This document shows positions 1 to 9,949 of a DNA stretch of 64,000 nucleotides, piece by piece. Made by a program: the position numbers and the translations under genes. This stretch comes from Vicugna vicugna. Lineage: Eukaryota. The notes under the pieces are model-generated. The model searched no databases and was not told the DNA's origin. It saw nothing but the letters and a program-made list of their open reading frames with translations. The stretch covers positions 1 to 64,000 of the forward strand of contig MU057744.1 of assembly GCA_013265495.1 (NCBI GenBank), written 5' to 3'. The number at the start of each line of letters is the position of its first letter. Within the stretch, counting starts at the first letter, position 1.

Positions 1-275
1 CAAACTTATGGTTACCAGAGGGGAAAGGGGGTGGGAAGGGATAAAATGGGAGTTCGAGATTTGCAGACACTAACTACTACATATAAAATAGATAAATAAC
101 AAGGTCCTACTGTGCAGCACAGGGAACTTCATTCAATATCTCGTAGGAACCTATCATGAAGAAGACTATGAAAACGAGTAAATGTATGTATGTCTATGGA
201 TGACTGAGACATGATGCTGCACACCATACACTGATGCAACATTGTAAACTGACTGTATGTCAATAAAAAAAGAAT
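1..275 (+). mobile_element. L1 LINE 3' end (young, artiodactyl/camelid-type), truncated by the window edge
   Basis: Motifs ATGGTTACCAG..GGGAAGGGATAAA..GGTCCTACTGT..AGCACAGGGAAC..TGTAAACTGACT, ending AATAAAAAAA; the same sequence recurs at ~51790-52050. Confidence 0.9.
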
Positions 276-639
276 GCAAATTTTAAAAAGTAGACTCCCC
301 TCCCCTGCTGCCTTTGGCCCCAACGACCATCTCCTCGTAGCCATCTGAAGTCCTTAGTGTCACCAGCAAAGGGCCTGCCCCACACCGAGGGGACGGAAGG
401 CTGAGATCAGAGGCAGAGACGGCTGAAAATGTCCACGTCACTGCGTGCAGACGGCGGGCAGGTGAGGACTTGCCTGGGATTGAGCACCGAGCCCCAGCCA
501 GGGTTCCATCCTTTCTGGACACAATGGGGAGGTGGGAGAGGCCGCCTCCTAGGGGGCACCAACCGTGGGAGAGCCAGCGGGCAACCCCCAGGCTGGGTAC
601 TTGCACGCTCCTAAGGGAAGCACAGCACCGTCCTCCCAT

Positions 640-1045
640 GGAAATGCCATTCGGCTTTTTTTGTCCATTGTTGCCTAACAATTGGGAATGTTTTCCTTGG
701 AACCGGCGTGTAACACCATCATGCTGTACTTCCTTTGTACTGAACAAGTGTTATTTAATGGGGCCCTTTTGATTGTTTTGGAGATAGGCGCATGTTTGGA
801 GAGAGGAGGGGTTTGTGCGCGTTGATTACATTGGCCCGCTTCCCCTATTTTTTCTGGGAAATCCTCCTTCCTGTGTGTGTCGACGGCAAGTTTCACAGCC
901 CCACGCGACGCAGCGGCGGGTGAGACCCTGGCCCCGGGGCGGCCCGCAGACACCGGTCCCGGCCTGCAGCCCCGGGTCCTGGGAGGCCGCGGCGCGGGGG
1001 TGGGGGCTGAGTCAGTGGCGCCTCGTAAAGTCGTAAAGTCACACG
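640..1045. promoter_or_regulatory. Candidate enhancer: SOX, STAT/NF-kB-like, AP-1 and posterior-HOX-type motifs beside a CpG-rich patch
   Basis: CATTGTT 666-672, AACAAT 677-682, TTCTGGGAA 852-860, TGAGTCA 1008-1014, tandem TCGTAAAG 1023-1038; CpG-rich 880-1020. Confidence 0.45.
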
Positions 1046-1957
1046 CAGGTACAGCCACCAGCAGGAGGTGGCCTGGCTCCTTTGGTCCCAGAGACGGGGG
1101 CCTATCAAATTCCAAGTCGGTTCCAAAGGCCTCTGGCTCGCCTGGGTCAGCACGGCGGCTGGGGCCCCTTCCTCCTCCTTCCTTCAGCCGCCTCCTCCCC
1201 TCGACCAGGAGGCCTTCCGCTCTTGGAGAATGTCAGCCTCCAGGGAGGAATGACCATTGTTCCTTCTCAGGGGAAAAGAGGCCTCCGTCCCCTCTGTCCT
1301 TCCCCGCATCCTGTTGCTGGTCCCTAAGTCCCCCTGTGGGGCCGGCAAGGTATCCCCCACCAGTGAGCCTGCCTGCCCTCCCGGAAGAGCCCCCTGAGCA
1401 TCCCGGCTCCCCCGCACCCCACCCACCGCCAGGAGCCAGCTGGCTCTGCCCCGGCTCCCCTCTCCTGCCTGCCCGGGAAGCAGACCCCTGGAGAAGCTTC
1501 CTCTGTGCCCTCGTCCTGAACGGCCTCCCTCTGATTCCCTGGGCAGCTCTGCCCTATCTCTCACCTCCGTGCCTGGGGGAACATCTGCCCAAGGCCTAAT
1601 GGGGAACAGCTCGCAGCCAAGGCCCGAGCTCGCACCTTCCAAGGTCCTCAGCGTCAGCCTGGATGGGGACCACAGAGAGCGTGCCGCTGCGCCCTCGAGG
1701 GAGGTGACTGTCTCCCGCTCTTCTCGCAGAGCGAGGTTTAGGCAGGGTCCCACCTCACAGACTCCTGCGGTCACCTGCTCGCTCGCCAGCCTGCTTCCTG
1801 AGGAGCCATGTCTCTTGGCTGATTCACTCGCGGGCACTGGCCCAGGGGACACCGAGGCTGCGCCCTGCCCCACCCCCAGTACCCAGGGCAGGAGCAAGGC
1901 TGGCTGGCTCGGAAGCTGGAATCCAGAACACCCTTCGTGGCTTCGACAGCCACATTT

Positions 1958-2052
1958 TCTTTTTTTTTTAACTTTTTTTTTAATTGAAGTATGGTTGATT
2001 TACCATGTTGTGTTGGCACAGCGCTCTACCACTGAGCTGTACCACCCCTCCC
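1958..2052 (-). mobile_element. Short L1 3' terminus joined to the 5' head of a tRNA-derived SINE
   Basis: Poly-T plus TTAATTGAAGTATGGTTGATTTACCATGTTGTGTT (L1 end, compare 24253-24287), followed by GCGCTCTACCACTGAGCTGTACC (reverse complement of the SINE A-box region). Confidence 0.7.
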
Positions 2053-2277
2053 GGGTCCTTCATTTTAAACCATCTAGTATCATGACTCCAAGTGCAGCTG
2101 AAGGTGAGACTTGTAAACACATCCAGACCCATAGCATTTTCCGTGGAGGGTCTTCATGGGGTATTACTCAGCACACGCCCCTGAGGGCCCACCGTGAGCC
2201 AGGCCCCCACGCTAGGCACTCGGGAGACACACAGGAATAAGAACTTGTTCTTGCCCTTCAGAAACTCAGAGGAAGAA

Positions 2278-2439
2278 TCTGGGCAGCTAGCAAATGGACC
2301 CAACCCAGCCAGCGCCTGTTTTTGTAAATAAAGTTTTACTGGAACACAGCCACAGGTTAAGTGGTTGCAACAGATACGTGGCCCCCAGAGCAGGAAATAT
2401 TTACCATGTGGCCCTTTGCAGAAAATGTCCATGGCCCTG
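2278..2439 (-). mobile_element. MER58A-like hAT/Charlie DNA transposon fossil, internally deleted
   Basis: GCCTGTTTTTGTAAATAAAGTTTTACTGGAACACAGCCAC and AAATATTTACCATGTGGCCCTTTGCAGAAAA; related copies at ~40616 and ~47115. Confidence 0.8.
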
Positions 2440-2848
2440 CCCCAGGTGGTGGGCCCCCAGGAGGCGGGCCCTGGCCTTGTCCACCGGGGACAGCAGAGGG
2501 CCCTGTCCAGGGGTGAGCGTTCAGGACACACACACCTGAGGTCCAGGAGGTCTCTGGAGTTGGCCTCACCAGTGGGTAAGAATCACGCCTCATTATCTAA
2601 CAAGTGCACATTTCCCTCTGAGCAAACACAGCACGACATCCCCTGGGTACCACTGACCTCTGGATAAACCTGCCATCTCGTTCTTGGGGTCAGCCCCTTA
2701 CACAGAGATCTCACCCTGAGCCCTCAAGGTGTGTGGTGTTTTGTTGAGCAAATCTTGAGATGCAGAAGCCAAAGTTCTGGTGGAGAAGTGGGGCTGGTTC
2801 ACGGGGTCCCCACCTCACTGGCAAAATCGGGCTCTGCTGCTGTATCTT

Positions 2849-3096
2849 TTTTTGTTATTATTAAAGAATAGTCCATTTACAATGTTGGGTTAACTTCTGG
2901 TGTACAGTATAGTGATTCCTTTATACATCAACAGATGACTGGATAAAGAAGATGGTGTTGTATATATGCAATGGAATATTATTCAGCCATAAAAAAGAAT
3001 GAGATAATGCCATTTGCAGCAACATGGATGGACCTGGAGAGCATCATCCTAAGTGAAGTAAGCCAGAAAGAGAAAGAAAAATACCATATGAGATCC
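2849..3096 (-). mobile_element. L1 insertion with 5' inversion (minus-strand 3' end plus plus-strand upstream segment)
   Basis: 2849-~2928 is an antisense L1 terminus; ~2926-3096 is sense L1 3' region. Flanked by near-identical 13-mers at 2836-2848 and 3097-3109. Confidence 0.8.
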
Positions 3097-4214
3097 GCTG
3101 CCTTATCTTAAATTAAATATTCCACCAGAATATTCCAGAAGAAAAATTGCCCGGCCACCAGGGTGAGGTTAACAATAGTCTTGGAATCTGACCTCAAAGA
3201 TGTTTTGTTCTACTGCCCTGGACACTTAGTGGCCATCAGAGTGGACAGAAAGGAGAGGACCAAGCCCGGGCCAGGGCAGCCACGCGGGCCTCTCCCAAGC
3301 CACGCCTGGAGGTCCCTCTCGGTGCTGCCTGATTTAAGCACCAACCTACTCAGCCACTTGACCTACCGCAAGCATGTTTGCTCTTCTCCAAAATGGAGCT
3401 GGTGTGTCTCGATGGGAGAACTGTGTGTGGTGTTCGCACTCTGAGACGACACAGCGCTTACCGCTTCAGCAGAGCTGCGATCTGTCGCAGATCCGAGGTG
3501 CAAGTCAGCTAGACTGAGACCTTTTGTCCTGGGCCTTGCTCTTGGAGGGCCGGCCTTAGTGCTTAGTCAGCTCCTAAACAGAGCTTGTTGTTTTATAGGG
3601 TTTTTTTTCCCCTGTGAGTGTGTGTGTGTGTTTAACATTTTTTAAAAACTGTGGTTTAAAAAAAATAAGTTGATCGGTAAGTCAGAGCATCAGTATTGTC
3701 TGGGCGAGGGCAGGCACTGACAGGAAAGCAGGAAGCACAGTCTGTGAGTTAAGAGACGGGGGAGGAAGCAGAGTTTCCATCCGACACCAAGGCTGCAGTG
3801 GCACACTGACAGGAGCGCCCAGACGAAGCCAAATGTCATGTTCTTCATCCTAATTTATTGATTTCTGCTGGCTGTCGGAAGTGCTCGGGGGAGGAAGTGT
3901 GGTGAGTCGAAGGCTCGTGTTTTCCCTCGTTCTCACAATGAGCATGGGGGGTATGTCAGAGGCGGGGGCCTCGGAGGGGAACCACGGGCTGCAGAGACAC
4001 GATGGCACGGGTGTACCAGAACGCCGGCACCCGGAGCAAAGGCGCCAGCTCCCGTTCCTCCCACTGCAGGGCTTTTGAAAGTAGCCTATTCATTCACGTG
4101 GAAGATTCCAAACAAACAGACTTCGTATCATCCCCACATGCCCAGGAGTACAACCGTTGCCAAGGGGTGCGCCCCGCCAAATCACCATCCCCAGAGTGTT
4201 TGTTAAAAAGTCTG

Positions 4215-4411
4215 TAATAACAAACAGATCGACAAGGACCAACTGCAGAGCACGGGGAACTATATTCAATTTCTCGTAATGAGCCGTAATGGAAAAGAAA
4301 CTGAAAATATGTATATGTGTATGTATATGTATAACCCAATCGCTTTGCTGTACACCTGAAACTAACAGTGTACGTCGACTGCACTTTAATTAAAAAATTA
4401 AAATTAAAAAA
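4215..4411 (+). mobile_element. 5'-truncated L1 3' end with target-site duplication
   Basis: L1 terminal motifs and A-tail; AAAAAGTCTG at 4205-4214 and 4412-4421, preceded by TT (TT/AAAA endonuclease site). Confidence 0.9.
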
Positions 4412-5249
4412 AAAAAGTCTGGGACAACAGAAATGTAAATCACCGGAGCTGCGTGGAAAATCTCCACCCAGGTGTGGGGCCCTCCCAGACGTCCGGGAGG
4501 CCCAGGTGTGGGCGTCAGGGTGGGTGGGGGAGACACGCAGAGTTCAAGGTCAGTGGGCAACCCTGAGGGAGAGAGATTTGGCCCCTGGGAGGTAAAGAAA
4601 GCTGGTTCATCCAAGTTCTGTTTCCATTCTGCTACTTCAAGAGGGCTTTTGATTTTCATTGTGCTAGCCTTTTTTTTTTTTTTCATAAAGACTCATTCCA
4701 AAAGTAAAACCAACATCACAGAACAATGAGAAATCACCAGCCCATCCCACAAGTTCAGGGTCGTGCATCCAACCACTTCAAATTGAAAAGATGTTTTGTG
4801 TGTGTGTGAAGTGACCTCCCAGCGCGGGCTGTCCCAGGTGGCTCTGTTCCCCTCCAGAGGTCCCTTCCTCCCCGCCGCCTCACCCCGGGCAGGGTCACCT
4901 CCCTGCAGGTGGCCCCTGGACACGCACCACAGCCCTGATGGCCCTGACCGCTCAGCTGTCCTCCAGGGCCTGACACCGGCTGCCTACTGGGTATCGCCAC
5001 CTAAGTTCCCACCCACGGTCCCCCTCGGGCCACCCCATTCCTGTCACAGGCTGACCGGCATCAGCCTCAGAGCCTCCCACATCCCGCAGGCTCTCCCTCA
5101 GAAAGTGTCTTCCCTCTCGCGCCCACTGCCATCTGTCCAGAGAGGCCCTGCGCTGACCTGGGCTCATCCCAGAAGGGCCTCCCCTCTGTTAGGCCGTGGA
5201 GCCTCCTTCACCAGCCGCTGGACCTCATCTCTGGCCTGGCCTTCAGGGA

Positions 5250-5500
5250 TTCCCAGATCCGCCCAGACCGCCTTTCCAAGCTTCTCCTGTGTCTCTCTCC
5301 AACACAGAGCCTCAGTGTCCTCACCCACTCCAAGACCATCTCTTTCCTCACGCTTTGTTCACGTCGTAACCCCACCCAGACGGTCCCCTCCGTCTGATTT
5401 GCCTGCTCTGCTCCCTCTGCAAAGCACAGTTCAAGTCCACCTCCCTCTGTAACCTTCTCCGACCAGCCAACCCCATCTCTCCCCTCCCTGGAACCCCATC
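5250..5500 (+). mobile_element. Probable degraded L2 fragment
   Basis: C/T-rich with CACAGTTCAAGTCCACCTCCCTCTGTAACCTTCTCCGACC, resembling the L2 3' region; highly diverged. Confidence 0.3.
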
Positions 5501-6667
5501 ATTCTCACGGCCAGTGGCGTCTCTCCTGCGTGACTACAGGGGACAGTGTGCTCAGGTGCTGTCAGTCCCCATACCATCATCAGGGCCCTACCCCAGCTCA
5601 TTTTCAAGCCCAGAAAACGCTTCCCTTTCCTCAGAACGCTACCTCTCAGATCACTGTCACAGTAGACGGCACACATCCATGTAGTCTGGCACGAGTGGTG
5701 GCCCCAGGGCCATCTGTGCCAACCTCCCCGACCGTAGGCTGCTGGCCTGCCAGGCCTCTCCCACGGCCCAGGTGGCAGGGTCGCGCCCCCACACTGTGCA
5801 CTCCAAGCTCAAGTTCTTGTTTTCCCGGCTCCCAAGCAGACTTTGTCTACCTCTAGCTGAACAACAATCTGGAGACCGAAGCACTTTTGATTCGCAGAAG
5901 CCAGGCTGTATTGAGAGCTGGGAGGTTTGTCTTAGAGTCCCAAAGGGCAGCCTTCACAGCAAGGGTTTATGGGCGAGCACGGGGGTGGGGAGGGGACAGG
6001 GAATATCGGGTGGGGACAGAGAATTACTGTTTATCTACCCAAAAGGAAATTGTGGGTTGACAGCAGACAGGAAGAAAGGAATCCATGAGAATACAGCTTA
6101 GACACGAGGGAAGCAGCTGGGCATGCTCTCTCCTGGGAGCCCCCTCCACCCTCTCCCCGTCCCACCCCCAGGGAAAGTGCCAGCAAGGGGGCAATGGGCC
6201 CTGTCGAAACCCAGGTAGGCTTGGGAGGAGCAGGAGGAGAAGGGTCCATGTGTCCCAACATCATTCACCAGATTGGGCGGTGCACCTCCCCGAGCAGTAA
6301 GTCAGCCCCCCGGGACGCGGCCGAGGTCCCATGTGCACAGCCGGTCCACCCCACCACCGGCATCCTCTTCTGTATGGGGGGCAGGGGAAGGGAGCTGCAT
6401 GGCTTACCAGGTCTTAGGGGGCGGGCAGCTACCAGGAGCTGGAGGGTCGGGGTATCTTCCTGAAGAGCCAGAGCTCGGGCTGAACCTAGAAGGGTGAGGA
6501 GCGAGTGGTATGATGGCTTCTCTCTCTGCCTTCCTGTGCCCACGGCGGGACGGGGGAGAGGAATCTTCTTCACAGGACTAACCTAATCCTCTCTCGGGAC
6601 CCCCACCCCAACCCCCTGCCCCTACAGCTGCCAACTTCAGCCACGATCCTCTGTTACAAATGGTTTC

Positions 6668-6814
6668 GGGGAGAGTATAGTTCAGTGGCAGAGCGCGCGC
6701 TTAGCATGCACAAGGTCCTGGGTTCAGTCCCCGGTACCGCCATTAAAAGAAAGGAAGGGAGGGAGGGAGAGAGGGAGGGAGGAAGAAAGAAACAGGAAGG
6801 AAGGAACCAAACCC
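6668..6814 (+). mobile_element. tRNA-Ala-derived SINE (Vic-1-type), short form, tail converted to a GA-rich repeat
   Basis: A box/B box head, anticodon loop TTAGCAT; flanking repeat ATGGTTTCGGG at 6660-6670 and 6815-6825. Confidence 0.9.
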
Positions 6815-8489
6815 ATGGTTTCGGGTCTCCGCCTCACAGAGGAGTTCCCTGCCCTCCCTGGGGGAGTGCTGGGCCTGGCACCTGAAACCTTTCAAGGGGA
6901 CCCCAGCTCTCCCTGGGTTCGCCGTCTGACCCAGGACCCATGACCTAGCCGCTGAGCCAGCTCCTTCACCCACAGGACAGGAAGAATAACGCTGCCTCCT
7001 TGACAGGGCGGCTGCAAGAAGGAGGGGTAGCCTCAGCTCAGCCTCCCGCGTTGGCTCTCTCCATCTCCTTCTCCAATGGGGCACGGAGGGGAAAAGGTGA
7101 GGGGACCCCAAGACTAGATCTTTGACTGACCTTGCATTTGGCTGCTGGGTCTGGGCTCCCTGCAGCCCTCCAGGGTCTCAGTCGGTGGCTCCCAGTCAGT
7201 GTCCCCCCTGCCGGGCTTGGGCCCCTGCGTCCTTGCAGCTCGGCCCGCCGGCTCTGCCCCCTTGGCGCCCACCCTGACTTCTCCGTGCCGAGTTTCACGT
7301 GCAGGCAGGTAACCAGTGCTCAAGGCCGACCAGAGACGTCCAGCTCCCAGCCCCCGCGTCCCAGGCTGCAGGCCCCCGAGGAGGAGCGGCCGGGGCCCGC
7401 AGCTGCCTGCACACCACGCACCTTCAACAGACTCCTCTGCCTGCCCGAGTTCTGCTGACAGGGCTCCCCCCGAGGCTGGGAGCTGGGGTGTCGCCCGCCC
7501 TCGCCATGAAGATGTTTGCCACGGCACACGCTGCCCTGCTCCTGGCTGGGGTGACATTCACCGCATCCAAGGACGAAGCCATGGGATGATGACATTTGCC
7601 GTGTCTGGCTTCTCTATAGGCCTCACCACTGGGGGCTGGGTTTTTGTTCCCTGGCAGAGGTCTAGGAAACACACAAGGCGGGTCACCATGGGATGGAGAG
7701 TCGACTTGGAGCGGGGGGTGTCTGGCCTGGCCCATCAGCTTAGCAGGGGATTTTGCCTCCGTGTCTGGCAAACCAGGCCTCCAGGAGGCAGACCCCCAAG
7801 TCTTGGAAATAGGGGGTCTGTGCTTTGGCCTGGGACCACTGAGTTCAGGGGAAGGCCCTTCTCAGGCCCTCAGCTGAGGGTTTTCACTGCAAGTTCCTAC
7901 TGTAGTAAACGAGGGGGACACAGACTGCAGGGCCTTCCCACCAGCACGCCGGCCTTTGCAAGGTTGCTGATAGCTGGCTACCATGCCCACAAATCAGAAA
8001 GGAATATGGTGAGAAAGAAAAGGAAAGGGTTACAAGTGCCTCTTTCAGGGCCCAGATCGTTCCTGGAGTCTACATGCCACTGGAGAGAAGTTCCAAATAC
8101 CTGCCGCTGCAGAGCTGACCTTCCGTCACATTGCTCTTTCATCGGCCTTGGTCCCCAGACCATGAGTAAGTAGCAAGCTCGCTCCTGGTATCCCATTCTC
8201 CTCCTGCCTAATATGTACTGTCCAAAACACAGACGGATTGAGTCCAGCCTGGGAGGTGACCACCCCTAACAGGAGAGAACACTGCCCTTGGTCCAGGACT
8301 AGTCCTCACTATATGGTTTTTTTTTTCTTTCATCTTCCACCATATTTCACCTCTCTCCATTTTCTCTTTTTTCTCTACTGTTTCCTCCCCCCCCCACCCC
8401 ACCCTCTTTTCTACCCTACTCACTGTTAAGGCCCCTGGATTCAGGGTAGAGTCCACTGACCCTGGCAAAGCACATCCATCTCTGAGACA

Positions 8490-8695
8490 CTTTCCAAGAG
8501 CTCCCAATATGTATTCTGCAGAACACTGTTTCATGGTCAAATATGTTTGAGAAATGTTGGCTAAGACAGAGCTAAGTAAATTTTTAACTGCAGGACATCT
8601 CTGAACCTTTAATATACAAGATCTCCAAAACTGGCTTAAACACAAAATTTTTGGGGGGGGTCAGAGTATTTCACAGGACTAGTTGTCTATGGAAG
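8490..8695. mobile_element. Possible ancient non-autonomous DNA transposon remnant
   Basis: CATGGTCAAATATGTTTGAGAAATG and ACTGCAGGACATCTCTGAACCTTTAATAT resemble hAT-type MER fossils; family not assigned. Confidence 0.3.
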
Positions 8696-9949
8696 ATCCT
8701 AAAAAAAAAAAAAAAAAAACCTGCCCTAGCAAATAAAAGGACAGCAAACCAAACCATATTACCAGTTAGCTAAGGTTAAATTTATAAAGGCTTTCCCTTT
8801 TTTAGGGAAAAAGCAAAGTGTCCAAAACCCAGCTCCATGACGGAAGCCCCAGAAGAAGGCTGGAGCAAGAGGAAAGAGAATGGACGGATCCCCTAACAAG
8901 GCTGAGGGAGATCTACTGAAAAGGACAGGTGCAGAGTGAGGTTCCCATGGTCTCAGACAAACAGGACTCAAAGAGAAATTATTTCATTAGCTGTATTTGG
9001 AAAAGGAGGAGCACAAAGGAAGTTTATGGGTAGCAGCTATGAGCTCAATTCTAAAACATTTCTGAAGGCCCCTGGCACATGCCGATAGAAAGCATTGGCA
9101 GCCTTTGAGAAACATGAAACTAGAAGCCTACAGAGAAGCTCGGCCAGATATGCAGGCACCCAGGCGCCCTCCTACAAAAGGAATGGTGGAAGCCATGAAT
9201 TTACAAAGACAAAGAGTCGATGAAGAGAAGAAAGGAGAAGAGAAAAGAAGAGAGAAGGACCAAGAACCTTTAGGAAGGAGGAAGAGAATGGAAGGGAATT
9301 AGGAACGAGTCGTCAGGAGAGCTAAAGACGTCAAACATCCCAGAACATAAAGGAGGAGAGGATCTAAGAGAGAGGGGTGAAGTCATGACAAACCCTGTAA
9401 CAAGAGCAAGGGGAATGCGGACTGAGGAAAGCCTACTGAATAGGCTACGAGGAAGTTTCCAGAACTCCGACACTAAAAGGGAGGAGAGAGGGAAAGTTTA
9501 CATGCTGGGCTGCACAAAGAAAAACATGATAAATTTCATCCTGAATCTCTCCCTTGTTCCTACCTTCCTCCACTCTTCTCCACTGAGATGTAAACTTAAT
9601 TCTGGCCGAGTGAATCAGTCAAGATGGGAACACTGATATGAGAAGACTGCCCATGTTATTATGGGGAAAAAAGGAGTTGATAATCTGTTCTAGCAAGAAC
9701 TGTCACCAAAAATAGTACCACGTAGGCTGGTGATTGGAAAGAATCCCAGGGTCTAAGTTTCGGTTAAGCACGATTTTGTTTGTGCTGAGGATAGTTGACC
9801 ATGTTAGGGGAAGGCCTAGTATAAAGGGAGAGAGTGAAGATGCTTTATGATTCTAGACAATTACAGAGACACAGGTCACACAAGGAAGGGCTTGCTTTAG
9901 AGAAGAGGGGACATTTCCTTCCCTGAGATGTGAAAAAAAAAAAAAAGGC

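Noticed and set aside
877..2240. Long overlapping ORFs (240, 237 and 223 aa)
   Set aside because: Pro/Gly/Arg/Ser-rich, open on both strands, one runs through L1/SINE sequence, and no domain is recognisable; expected in GC-rich DNA.
7316..8173. Longest ORF in the window (285 aa)
   Set aside because: Starts at GTG, low-complexity composition, no recognisable homology or exon structure.
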